Shown here: positions 21,089 through 30,430 of the stretch, piece after piece
Numbering within the stretch: position 1 is the first letter of the stretch
Layout: each line of letters starts with the position of its first letter
NCBI GenBank assembly: GCA_047602425.1
Contig: JASGHG010000001.1
Coordinates: 672,001-736,000 of the forward strand
Origin: Nibricoccus sp.
Lineage (GTDB): Bacteria; Verrucomicrobiota; Verrucomicrobiia; Opitutales; Opitutaceae
Length of the DNA: 64,000 nucleotides
Direction: 5' to 3'
The notes under the pieces: generated by a model
Database searches by the model: none
What the model was told of the DNA's origin: nothing
The model's input: only the letters and a program-made list of their open reading frames with translations
Translations under genes and position numbers: made by a program

Positions 21089-22603
21089 ATGAATCTCCTA
21101 CGCCGTAAGTCCGTCGCCGCCTTGCAGGCCGAAGCCGCTGCCGAGCATGAGCATAGTTTGCACAAGGCCCTGACTGCGACCAACCTCATCAGCCTCGGTA
21201 TCGGCGCAGTGATTGGAGCGGGGATTTTTGTGCTCACCGGCCAGGCGGTCGCGCAATATGCCGGACCTGCCATCGCGATTTCGTTTATTATTTCCGGTCT
21301 TGGATGCCTTTTCGCCGGACTTTGCTACGCGGAGTTTGCCTCGATGATTCCCATCGCCGGCAGCGCCTACACCTACTCCTATGCGACCATTGGCGAATTC
21401 ATGGCGTGGATCATCGGCTGGGATCTGATTCTTGAATACCTCTTTTGCGCGCCGACGGTGGCAGTCGGCTGGTCGGGGCACTTTGTGGCCTTTCTCAAGG
21501 AATTCGGCCTAACCATTCCCGAACACCTAACCAAGGCGCCTTTCGAAATAGACCTCAGTCAAACCGTCACCACCAATCTGTATTTTCTCTCTTTCAGCCA
21601 CCATCCTGTCGTCTTGAGCGGTGCATGGATGAATCTGCCCGCCGTTTTCATCATTCTTCTGATTAGTGCGCTGCTTGTCATCGGGATCAAGGAATCGGCC
21701 ACGTTCAACAACCTTATGGTGGTGACAAAAGTTTCGGTTCTCCTCGCCGTCATTGCCTTTGGCATCTGGTACCTGCTGAAAAACCCCGGTTTGGCGGCGA
21801 AAAATTGGACCCCGTTCATTCCGGAAAACACCGGCGAAGGCCATTTTGGCTGGAGCGGCATCATGCGCGGGGCGGGCGTGATTTTCTTCGCGTATATTGG
21901 CTTCGATGCAGTTTCGACTTCGGCGCAGGAGGCAAAAAATCCCGCGAAAGACATGCCAAAAGGCATTCTCGGATCACTGGCGATTTGCACGGTCATCTTC
22001 ATTTCACTCTCGCTCGTGCTGACGGGTATCTCGAAGTACACCGAGCTCAACAACCCCGCCCCGGTCGTCAATGCGTTGCAGTTTGCCGGCGCGCCCGCCG
22101 CGCTGCGCTACGTGGTGGAGATTGCCGCTCTGGCCGGACTTAGCTCCGTCATCCTTGTGATGCTCATGGGACAGCCTCGCATCTTTTTTTCCATGGCGAA
22201 CGATGGCCTGTTGCCGGCGGTTTTCGCCAAGGTTCATCCCAAGTTCCGCACGCCCTACATTACCACCATCGTCACGGGCGCCGTGGCGGCGGTCATCGGC
22301 GGTATTTTGCCGCTGAGCCTGTTGGGGGAACTGGTTTCCATCGGTACACTGCTGGCTTTCGTGATCGTATGCGTCAGCGTGGTCGTGCTGCGGTACACCC
22401 AACCGGATGTTCCACGCCCCTTCAAAACGCCGTTTGTGCCGATCGTACCTGCGCTTGGGGCAATCATTTGTTTCATGCAGATGAAATATCTTCCCGCTGA
22501 CACCTGGTTCCGCCTGATCGTCTGGATGGCGATCGGCATTGTGATCTATTTTGCCTACAGCAGGCGCCGCTCGAAGCTAAACCAGCCGACCGCGGGCAAC
22601 TAG
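21089..22603 (+). CDS. APC-family amino acid permease (cationic amino acid transporter-like)
   Basis: GIGAVIGAGIFVLTG, CYAEFASMIPIAGSAYTY, FFAYIGFDAVST.AQEAKNP, RPFKTPFVP. ATG 21089 preferred over 21002. Confidence 0.93.
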   Translation: MNLLRRKSVAALQAEAAAEHEHSLHKALTATNLISLGIGAVIGAGIFVLTGQAVAQYAGPAIAISFIISGLGCLFAGLCYAEFASMIPIAGSAYTYSYATIGEFMAWIIGWDLILEYLFCAPTVAVGWSGHFVAFLKEFGLTIPEHLTKAPFEIDLSQTVTTNLYFLSFSHHPVVLSGAWMNLPAVFIILLISALLVIGIKESATFNNLMVVTKVSVLLAVIAFGIWYLLKNPGLAAKNWTPFIPENTGEGHFGWSGIMRGAGVIFFAYIGFDAVSTSAQEAKNPAKDMPKGILGSLAICTVIFISLSLVLTGISKYTELNNPAPVVNALQFAGAPAALRYVVEIAALAGLSSVILVMLMGQPRIFFSMANDGLLPAVFAKVHPKFRTPYITTIVTGAVAAVIGGILPLSLLGELVSIGTLLAFVIVCVSVVVLRYTQPDVPRPFKTPFVPIVPALGAIICFMQMKYLPADTWFRLIVWMAIGIVIYFAYSRRRSKLNQPTAGN

Positions 22604-22816
22604 CCACGCCGCAGTCCAGCCCGACCGTCCATCACAACATAAACAGTCGAGCAATGGCCCTCCCAGAAACTGCTTCGTCCTTCTGCCTTTTCGCTCGAAA
22701 TCAGGCCGACTACTCACCACCGTTACATTCACCGAACTAATATTCGGCGATAACTGCAATTTATCCGCTACAAGTTTCGTTTCTGAGGGTAGAACATAGG
22801 AAGTTCAATCCAGCAA

Positions 22817-25800
22817 ATGACAACAAACTTGGGTGAGGGAACTGGTTTAGTTCGCATTGCAATTCTGGCTCTCGGACTGGCCGTGGCTAGCGTGCCTGCT
22901 CTGGTCGCCGACGAAATGAACCGCCGGAACGAAGCACTGCCGAATTTCGACGCCAGAGTTTTAAGCGACTCCAGCGAGGTGAAGGCCAAGGCCGATACAA
23001 CCGGTGCACCTAAAGCAGCGGCCATTAAAATGCTCCGAGATCGCGTACGTAACTTGCAAGTTGACCGCGATGCCGTCACCGGCTCCCCGGCTTTCATCCG
23101 CTCGACCGATTTTTTTTTGACTGGCCCTGCTGGCAGGGGCGGAGCCACGAACGATGCCCAGCTTCAAGCCATTCCCGTCGGCGATCCCAATCGCACCGTA
23201 AAAGCGTTTATCGACAGCAATGCGGACGTTTTTGGTCACAACTCATTCGTCCTGCAAGGCACACGCGTGCGCCGCGACTATGCCACTGCGCACAACCATA
23301 CACGAACCATCGTCCTAGAACAACAATTGGGCGGCATTCCCGTCTTCGAAGCTTTCCTGCAGGCCCATTTCACCGAAAAAGACGAACTTATCAATATCTC
23401 CAGTACCCTGATGGCCGATCCCACAGCCGCCGTGCAAAATGGCGCGCTCGACGCCGCTTCGCGCCAGGGCACGCCGAAAATTGCCGCAGTCACCGCCGTG
23501 GTCGCAGCAGCCAGAAATATCGCCGAATCGATCACGGAACTCGACCTCTCGACAGCCAGCGCGCCTGTCGGAGCAAATTTTGTGCAACGTTTTAATGCCA
23601 CTGCCCTCAGCGATATCAGCGTCAGCCTCACCTGGCTACCGCTCAACAGCTCCTCGTTACGCCTCAGCTGGGAAGTGCTGCTTTTCAGCAAACGTCAAAA
23701 CGCGATGTACCGCGTGCTTGTCGACGCGGTTAGCGGTGAGTGTTTAGTTCGTCATTGCCTCACCGACGACATCAGCCCGGCCACCTATAACGTTTTTACC
23801 GGCGACAACCCCTCGCCTTTTTCGCCTGGATATTCAGTTCCAACGAGCACCCAGCCTTCCACCGTTTCCCGTACGCGCGTCACGCTTTCCGCCCTCGATA
23901 CGACCGCCTCGCCCAACGGCTGGATCGACGATGGGATAACCGAAACACGCGGCAACAACGTCAATGCCCACACCGATATCAACGCCGATAACCAGCCCGA
24001 TTTGCCTCTCCCCCAATCCAGCGGCAGCGATCGCGTCTTCGACTTCCCGCTCGATCTTGCCAAATCGCCAGACACCTACAAAGACGCCGCCGTGGTGAAC
24101 CTTTTTTATTGGTGCAACTGGATGCATGATCGCCTCTACCAGCTCGGTTTCACCGAAGCCGCGGGAAATTTCCAAAACAACAATTTCGGACGCGGCGGCA
24201 TCGGCAACGATGCCGTCCAAGCCGATGCCCAGGATGGCTCCGGCCGCGATAACGCGAACTTTTCCACACCGCCAGACGGACAGCCAGGTCGCATGCAAAT
24301 GTACATTTTCAGCTCTCCAACGCCCAACCGCGACGGCGACTTGGACGCGGAGATTATTCTCCATGAATACACCCATGGCCTGAGCAACCGCCTCGTCGGT
24401 GGCGGTGTTGGCTTGAGCGCCCTTCAATCGCGCGGCATGGGCGAAGGCTGGTCGGACTTCTACGCCCTCACCCTCCTGAGCCAGCCCGGCGACGACATCA
24501 ACGGCTGTTATGCCTCCGGCGCGTACGCCTCCTACCTGCTCGACGGGAGCTACGACCAAAATTATTACTACGGTATCCGTCGCTATCCTTATACGACCGA
24601 TATCTCTAAAAATCCGCTCACTTTTAAAGACATCGATCCTACGCAAGCCAGCGCGCACACTGGCGTTCCACGCAGCCCGATCATTGGCAACACCGCCAAC
24701 GAAGTCCACAACATGGGCGAAGTCTGGTGCGTCACACTCTGGGAAGCTCGCGCCAACCTCATCGCGAAGCACGGCTATGCCACCGGTAACCAGCTGATCC
24801 TTCAACTGGTGACCGATGGCATGAAACTCGCGCCGGCGAATCCCACTTTCCTTCAAGCTCGTGACGCCATTCTTCAAGCGGACCTGGTCAACAATGCTGG
24901 CGCCAACAAAAACGCGCTATGGGCCGCCTTTGCCAAACGCGGCTTGGGCGCTGACGCCTTTTCGCCTGCGAGCAGCACCAGCACCGGAGTAGCGGAGGAT
25001 TACAATTTGCTCGACGATCTTGCCCTTACGCCGGTGACCGCCACCACCGCCACGGGACCCATCGGCGGACCTTTCAGCCCAGTCGATCAGACATTCACCC
25101 TAACCAACATAGGCACTACCACGCTAACGTGGGCCGTCAGCAAAACTCAAAACTGGCTGACGCTTAGCCCTTCTTCCGGCTCCCTGGCTCCTGGAGCAAG
25201 TGTCTCTGTCGTCGCCTCGATCAACACTACGGCAAGATCCCTCACCGCAAATACGTTTACCGAGACCCTCTCATTTACCAATTCTTCCAGTTCTGCCGTC
25301 CGAATCAGGAAAATCACTCTCGATATCCAACCACCGCGCATCGCTATTTTTCCCCTCGATAGCAACCCCGGCTGGGCCACGTCCGGCGAATGGGATTTCG
25401 GCCGTCCCACCGGACAAGGCGGCGTTTACGGTTTTCCCGATCCATCGAGCGGAGCCACCGGCGCCAACGTTTTCGGCGTCAATCTCAATGGCAACTATTC
25501 CACGGCCTACGGCGATCCTTACTACCTAACCGCCGGTCCTTTTAACTTCACTGGTATCACCGGCGTACGCCTCCAGTTCCAGCGCTGGCTCAACAGCGAT
25601 TACCAGCCGTGGGTCTATGACACCGTCGAAGTGTCGAATGACGGCACCACATGGACCGAGCTATGGAACAATGGCACCGTCCCTATCACCGATTCGAAGT
25701 GGGCCAAATACCAGTACACCATGGCCGCCGTGGCCGACAACCAGCCCACCGTCTACGTCCGTTGGGGCTATCGCATTGGCCGGACTTCAGGTGCCTTTCC

Positions 25801-28800
25801 CCTCTCAGGTTGGAACATCGACGACATCGAACTACTCGGCACTCCCGCCATTGCCGCTACTCCCAACGTCACGATCACTCCATCGACCACCAGCCTTCCT
25901 CTCGGTAAAACCGCCAGCTTCACTGTCACCGCCACCTGCAGCGCCAATCTCGGCGAAGTCGGCCTCGAAGCCTGCGATTCCTCCGGCACACCCACTGCCG
26001 TGCTGAACACAACCACCCTCTCCGCCCAATATACCGGGCAAACCTACACTTGGACACCCACGGTCGCCGGTACGTACTATTTCCGCGGATACGCCAAGGA
26101 TGCATCGCTCTCCCAGACCGTCCGCACCGTACCTATCACCACCGTTACAGTCGCCCCGCAGATCGAACCTCCCTCTTTCTCCCCTCCTGCCGGATCGTAC
26201 ACGAGCGCACAGTCAATCACTATCAGCACAGCATCTACTGGAGCATCCATCCGATATACCAGCGATGGAACGACTCCTACTGCCACCACAGGCACCCTCT
26301 ACACCGGTCCCATTGCTATCGCCAACACCACCACCTTGAAGGCAATTGCCTATGGCAACGGAATGCTCGACAGCCAGACAAGCACCGCCACCTACAAGAT
26401 TCTGATTCCTCCCAACAATCTCGCCACCGTCTCAGATCGGACGGTCCAGGCTGGAGGCACCGCCTCTTTCGTTGGTTCGGCATCCGGTTACCCACCGCCC
26501 ACCATTAAATGGCAGCTCTCCCTCGATGGCGGTATTTCCTGGTCGGACCTGACTAACACCGCTCCCTACTCTGGGGCAGGCAGTCCCCAACTCGTCGTCA
26601 GCAGCGTGCCCCTCTCGCTCAGCGGAAGCCAATATCGCTTTGTCGCGATAAACTCCCAGGGCACCGGCGTCAGCAATGTCGCGACCCTCACGGTGACCCC
26701 CACCACTTCCGGGCCTCCCGTATTCTCGATCCAACCGCCCGATACCACGGCGCTCGAAAGCACTGTCCTCAATCTTTACGGCAGCGCCACCTCGTCCACC
26801 GCGATCACCTACCAATGGTACAAAGATGACATCGTCATCCCAAACGCTACCCTGCCTTCTTTCGCAAAAACCGCGCCGAATTCCACCGACAGCGGGACCT
26901 ACAAACTGGCGGCCACAAACGCTGCGGGCACCACCTTTAGCCGCAACGCCACCGTCGTTATCACTCCTGCCACACCGCCGGTCTTTGTCGTCCAGCCCAT
27001 AAGCCCGCACGCCTACGCAGGCGACGACCTGACCTTGATCGCCTCCGCTGCCGCACAACCATCCGCAACCTACCAATGGTACAAAAACGGCGCGGCGATT
27101 TCCGGGGCCACAACCAACACTCTGGTCTTGCTCAACCTTTCCGCGGCCAATGACGGCGAAGTGTATACCGTTAAAGCCACGAACGTCGCGGGCACCGCCA
27201 CCAGCAACGAGGCCACGCTGACCGTCTACGCCGCGGACAGCGGCAAAGCCCTCGGCATCGCGCCAGCCACCCGCACCGTCGGCCCCGGACGCGTCGTTTA
27301 TCCCATCACCCTCCGATCCAATAACACTTGGACAGCGACAACAAATGTTAAGTGGATCGCTCTTTCCCTAACCAGCGGAAAATATAGCCGCACCCTGGAG
27401 GTAACGGTATATCCAAATCCTTTTCCTGTGGAACGCACTGCCACGATCACCATCGGCCAGCAAACACACACGTTGACGCAGCGCGCGGCTGGCACACCCA
27501 TTCGAGAACTCTGGGCGACTGGGGCGAACGATTTTGGCCAGCTGGGCGATTATCGCGTGCCTCCACTCATCTATCCCGGCAAATTCGACAATTCGGTACA
27601 AGCCGTCGCCGCTGGCATGGATCATACTCTTTACGTGAAAACGGACGGCACTCTCTGGGTTACCGGCTCCAATCTCCTTGGACAGCTCGGTACCGGCCTT
27701 ATCATCGATCAAGCGTTCCCCACCCAAATTGCCACCAACGTCAAAGCCGTCGCCGCCGGTTACTACTTCAGCCTGTTCCTGAAAAAAGATGGCACGCTCT
27801 GGGGTTGCGGTGACACCTCGAAAGGCCAGCTCGGCACCTCAGCACAACTCAACTACCCCAGACCCGTGCAGTTTGCCTCCAACGTCACTGCGATCGCCGC
27901 AGGCAGCTACCAGACTTACTTCATCAAGACCGACGGCACACTCTGGGGCTGCGGTTTCAATAATTACGGCCAGCTTGGCGATGGCACCAAAACGGACCGT
28001 TCCACCCCAATGCAGATCGCAACCGATGTTGTGTCGGTAGCATCTGGTTTTGGTCATGCTCTGTTTGTGAAGTCCGACGGCACGCTCTGGTCCATGGGCT
28101 ATAACTCCAGCGGCCAGCTCGGCGACGGTACCCAAACAAACCGATCCACGCCCTATCAGGTAGCCACAGACGTAGCGACGGTGGCGTGCGGTAACTATCA
28201 CACCCTGTTCGTTAAAACCGACGGCTCGCTCTGGGTCATGGGTTACAATGCCTACGGGCAACTCGGCGACGGCTCCTTCGCCAACCGCCTCACACCCATC
28301 AGCATCACCACAAACGTTCAATCCGTGGCCTGCGGCAAATACCACTCCATCTTCATCAAAACCGACGGCTCGCTCTGGACCACGGGCGAGGACTTCTACT
28401 ACAAACTCGGCGACGGGCGTACGACCTCACAGCCAACGCCCGTCAACGTGGCAACCAACGCCCAACTGGCTGCCGCCGGTCAAAACCACACCCTTTTTAT
28501 TAAAACCGACGGCACACTCTGGGCCGTAGGTGCCAATAATAAAGGTCAGCTCGGATATGCCAGCCCTGGCATGGAGTTGCGCGCCACTCCGATTTGCATC
28601 GCCTCCGAGGTTCTCACCGCTGCCGCAGGCGATAATCACACGCTTTATATAAAAACCGACAACACGTGTTGGACGGTCGGCGAGAACAGCGCCGGACAAC
28701 TTGGCGACGGCAGCACCCTCGTCCGTTGCGATCCAGCCCAAATCGACAACAATGCGAAAGCCGTCAGCGCCGGCCTGAATCATAGCCTCCTGCTCAAATC

Positions 28801-30001
28801 GGACGGCACGCTGTTCACCTTTGGAAACAATAACTCGGGCCAACTCGGCGACGGCACCAGTCAAAATCTCCGTCCATCGCCAACCAAGATCACCACCAAC
28901 ATCGCTGCTGTCTCCGGAGGAGCTTTGCACAGCCTCATGCTGAAAACCGACGGCTCGCTTCTGGCCACTGGCCACAATTTTTATGGGGAGCTTGGCGATG
29001 GTTCGACGATGGATAAAACCCGCCCGGTCCAAGTCGCCACCGACGTCCAGTCCTGCGCAGCCGGGAGCAGTCACAGTGTCTTTGTGAAATCGGATGGCTC
29101 CCTCTGGGGCATGGGTTTCAACTACGACGGCGAACTGGGCGATGGCACCCTCTCGCCACGCTCCAGCCCTGTCCAGATCGCTGGTTCCTTCCTTGCGGCC
29201 GCAGCCGGAGCTTCACATAGCCTCTTTTTAAAAGACGACCACACCGCCTGGTCGACCGGCGTCAACTTATATGGACAACTTGGAGACAGAACCAGCACCT
29301 CGCGATTCACACCCGTCTCAGTCCTCGCCAACACCCAAGCCATGGCCGGAGGACAATATCACAGCCTCTGGCTAAAAATGGACCACACCCTCTGGGGTTG
29401 TGGCGACGGTACTTCCGGGCAATTGGGCACTGGCGCTACCAACATTCAGCCCTCCGCCCCCATTGTCCTCGCATCGAATGTCGAGTCGGTCTTTGCAGGC
29501 AGCACTCATACCCTCTTCATCGCCAATGGCGACATCCGCACGACACCTCCACCTATTCCCACTGTAGTCAGTTTCACACCGACAAAATTCACCGCTGGCA
29601 GCAACGTAACCATTTCGTGCGCAGGTTTGGGCAGTAACCCCGTGTTCTACTTCAACGGCGTGGAAGCGGCCGCCACCTATGTCACCTACAATCCCAGCGT
29701 GTTCACTGCCACTGCTCCCGCCAACCTCACCGAAGGTAAAATCACGATCAGCACAGTGGACGGCTATGGCCTCAGTTCCACCAGCTACACCGTCGGCAGC
29801 GATTCCTCTTCATCTTCCTCCAGTAGTTCCAGTTCGTCGGGTAGTGGTTCGTCATCCTCGAGCTCCGGGTCCCCGCAGCCTCCGGCTCCGAATCCAGGCG
29901 GTGGCGGTGGTGGTGGAGGCGCTCCCGGTCTAGCCTACTTGGTCGCACTCGCCGTTGCAGGTGTAGCCCGTGGTTTTTCACTCTGGGCTCGCCGACGTTG
30001 A
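22817..30001 (+). CDS. Giant secreted M36 (fungalysin) metalloprotease paralog 1: propeptide, M36, BACON, beta-sandwich and chitobiase-C-like domains, 3 Ig, 14 RCC1 repeats, IPT, Ser linker, GlyGly-CTERM-like tail
   Basis: 2394 aa; signal peptide; ETRGNNV, GFTEAAGNFQ, HEYTHGLSNRL, GMGEGWSDF, GIRRYPY, EVHNMGEVW; 14 counted 'DGTLW..G.N..GQLG' repeats; ends GGGGGGGAPGLAYLVALAVAGVARGFSLWARRR. Confidence 0.9.
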   Translation: MTTNLGEGTGLVRIAILALGLAVASVPALVADEMNRRNEALPNFDARVLSDSSEVKAKADTTGAPKAAAIKMLRDRVRNLQVDRDAVTGSPAFIRSTDFFLTGPAGRGGATNDAQLQAIPVGDPNRTVKAFIDSNADVFGHNSFVLQGTRVRRDYATAHNHTRTIVLEQQLGGIPVFEAFLQAHFTEKDELINISSTLMADPTAAVQNGALDAASRQGTPKIAAVTAVVAAARNIAESITELDLSTASAPVGANFVQRFNATALSDISVSLTWLPLNSSSLRLSWEVLLFSKRQNAMYRVLVDAVSGECLVRHCLTDDISPATYNVFTGDNPSPFSPGYSVPTSTQPSTVSRTRVTLSALDTTASPNGWIDDGITETRGNNVNAHTDINADNQPDLPLPQSSGSDRVFDFPLDLAKSPDTYKDAAVVNLFYWCNWMHDRLYQLGFTEAAGNFQNNNFGRGGIGNDAVQADAQDGSGRDNANFSTPPDGQPGRMQMYIFSSPTPNRDGDLDAEIILHEYTHGLSNRLVGGGVGLSALQSRGMGEGWSDFYALTLLSQPGDDINGCYASGAYASYLLDGSYDQNYYYGIRRYPYTTDISKNPLTFKDIDPTQASAHTGVPRSPIIGNTANEVHNMGEVWCVTLWEARANLIAKHGYATGNQLILQLVTDGMKLAPANPTFLQARDAILQADLVNNAGANKNALWAAFAKRGLGADAFSPASSTSTGVAEDYNLLDDLALTPVTATTATGPIGGPFSPVDQTFTLTNIGTTTLTWAVSKTQNWLTLSPSSGSLAPGASVSVVASINTTARSLTANTFTETLSFTNSSSSAVRIRKITLDIQPPRIAIFPLDSNPGWATSGEWDFGRPTGQGGVYGFPDPSSGATGANVFGVNLNGNYSTAYGDPYYLTAGPFNFTGITGVRLQFQRWLNSDYQPWVYDTVEVSNDGTTWTELWNNGTVPITDSKWAKYQYTMAAVADNQPTVYVRWGYRIGRTSGAFPLSGWNIDDIELLGTPAIAATPNVTITPSTTSLPLGKTASFTVTATCSANLGEVGLEACDSSGTPTAVLNTTTLSAQYTGQTYTWTPTVAGTYYFRGYAKDASLSQTVRTVPITTVTVAPQIEPPSFSPPAGSYTSAQSITISTASTGASIRYTSDGTTPTATTGTLYTGPIAIANTTTLKAIAYGNGMLDSQTSTATYKILIPPNNLATVSDRTVQAGGTASFVGSASGYPPPTIKWQLSLDGGISWSDLTNTAPYSGAGSPQLVVSSVPLSLSGSQYRFVAINSQGTGVSNVATLTVTPTTSGPPVFSIQPPDTTALESTVLNLYGSATSSTAITYQWYKDDIVIPNATLPSFAKTAPNSTDSGTYKLAATNAAGTTFSRNATVVITPATPPVFVVQPISPHAYAGDDLTLIASAAAQPSATYQWYKNGAAISGATTNTLVLLNLSAANDGEVYTVKATNVAGTATSNEATLTVYAADSGKALGIAPATRTVGPGRVVYPITLRSNNTWTATTNVKWIALSLTSGKYSRTLEVTVYPNPFPVERTATITIGQQTHTLTQRAAGTPIRELWATGANDFGQLGDYRVPPLIYPGKFDNSVQAVAAGMDHTLYVKTDGTLWVTGSNLLGQLGTGLIIDQAFPTQIATNVKAVAAGYYFSLFLKKDGTLWGCGDTSKGQLGTSAQLNYPRPVQFASNVTAIAAGSYQTYFIKTDGTLWGCGFNNYGQLGDGTKTDRSTPMQIATDVVSVASGFGHALFVKSDGTLWSMGYNSSGQLGDGTQTNRSTPYQVATDVATVACGNYHTLFVKTDGSLWVMGYNAYGQLGDGSFANRLTPISITTNVQSVACGKYHSIFIKTDGSLWTTGEDFYYKLGDGRTTSQPTPVNVATNAQLAAAGQNHTLFIKTDGTLWAVGANNKGQLGYASPGMELRATPICIASEVLTAAAGDNHTLYIKTDNTCWTVGENSAGQLGDGSTLVRCDPAQIDNNAKAVSAGLNHSLLLKSDGTLFTFGNNNSGQLGDGTSQNLRPSPTKITTNIAAVSGGALHSLMLKTDGSLLATGHNFYGELGDGSTMDKTRPVQVATDVQSCAAGSSHSVFVKSDGSLWGMGFNYDGELGDGTLSPRSSPVQIAGSFLAAAAGASHSLFLKDDHTAWSTGVNLYGQLGDRTSTSRFTPVSVLANTQAMAGGQYHSLWLKMDHTLWGCGDGTSGQLGTGATNIQPSAPIVLASNVESVFAGSTHTLFIANGDIRTTPPPIPTVVSFTPTKFTAGSNVTISCAGLGSNPVFYFNGVEAAATYVTYNPSVFTATAPANLTEGKITISTVDGYGLSSTSYTVGSDSSSSSSSSSSSSGSGSSSSSSGSPQPPAPNPGGGGGGGGAPGLAYLVALAVAGVARGFSLWARRR

Positions 30002-30047
30002 TCCTGCGCGCATGGTGGAAGCTCACCTTCTTTCCATGCGCGAATAG
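29861..30047 (+). repeat. Direct repeat copy 1 (sorting tail plus downstream hairpin); copy 2 at 37763-37951
   Basis: Near-identical ~187 nt, including an exactly identical 81-nt run (29944-30024 = 37849-37929). Confidence 0.95.
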
Positions 30048-30144
30048 GGCGCTGGTTATGTTGATTGGTTCTGCCATCGAACGCGCACAGAAAAATTCAG
30101 TCACAGGGCACGCCTCATCCAATCCATTGTCGTCAGCGCCGCGC
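30036..30144 (+). pseudogene. Rhombosortase gene remnant
   Basis: ATG CGC GAA TAG (intact copy ATG CGC GAA CAG at 37940), then a segment similar to 38152-38246 (LVMLIGSAIERAQK vs LFVLIGWALERTQK), with an internal deletion and indels. Confidence 0.85.
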
Positions 30145-30220
30145 CCGTTCAAAACGCCGTTTGTGCTGCTCGTGCCTGCGCGCCGATCGAAACTAAAACA
30201 GCCGTCCGCGGCAAACAACC
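30139..30220 (+). pseudogene. Remnant of the 3' end of the amino acid permease gene
   Basis: RPFKTPFVLLVPA matches permease RPFKTPFVPIVPA (22412-22454). It is joined by a deletion to RRSKLKQPSAAN, matching RRSKLNQPTAGN* (22564-22603). Confidence 0.85.
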
Positions 30221-30430
30221 GTGCGGGATAGGTCGTCCTTCCGCCAACCTCCCACTTCCGACACGATTCTCCTCCAGAGGTCCCTGGGCATTTTATCGTG
30301 GGTATTCCCGGCCTAGTCCGATTAGTATATCTTCACAACGCAATCATTTACCTAATATTCCATCTATAGAGTAGTTTGGTAGGTACAAAGCCCCTCTGCG
30401 GGAGCAGTGTTTTCACGTTCTATCCAGCAA

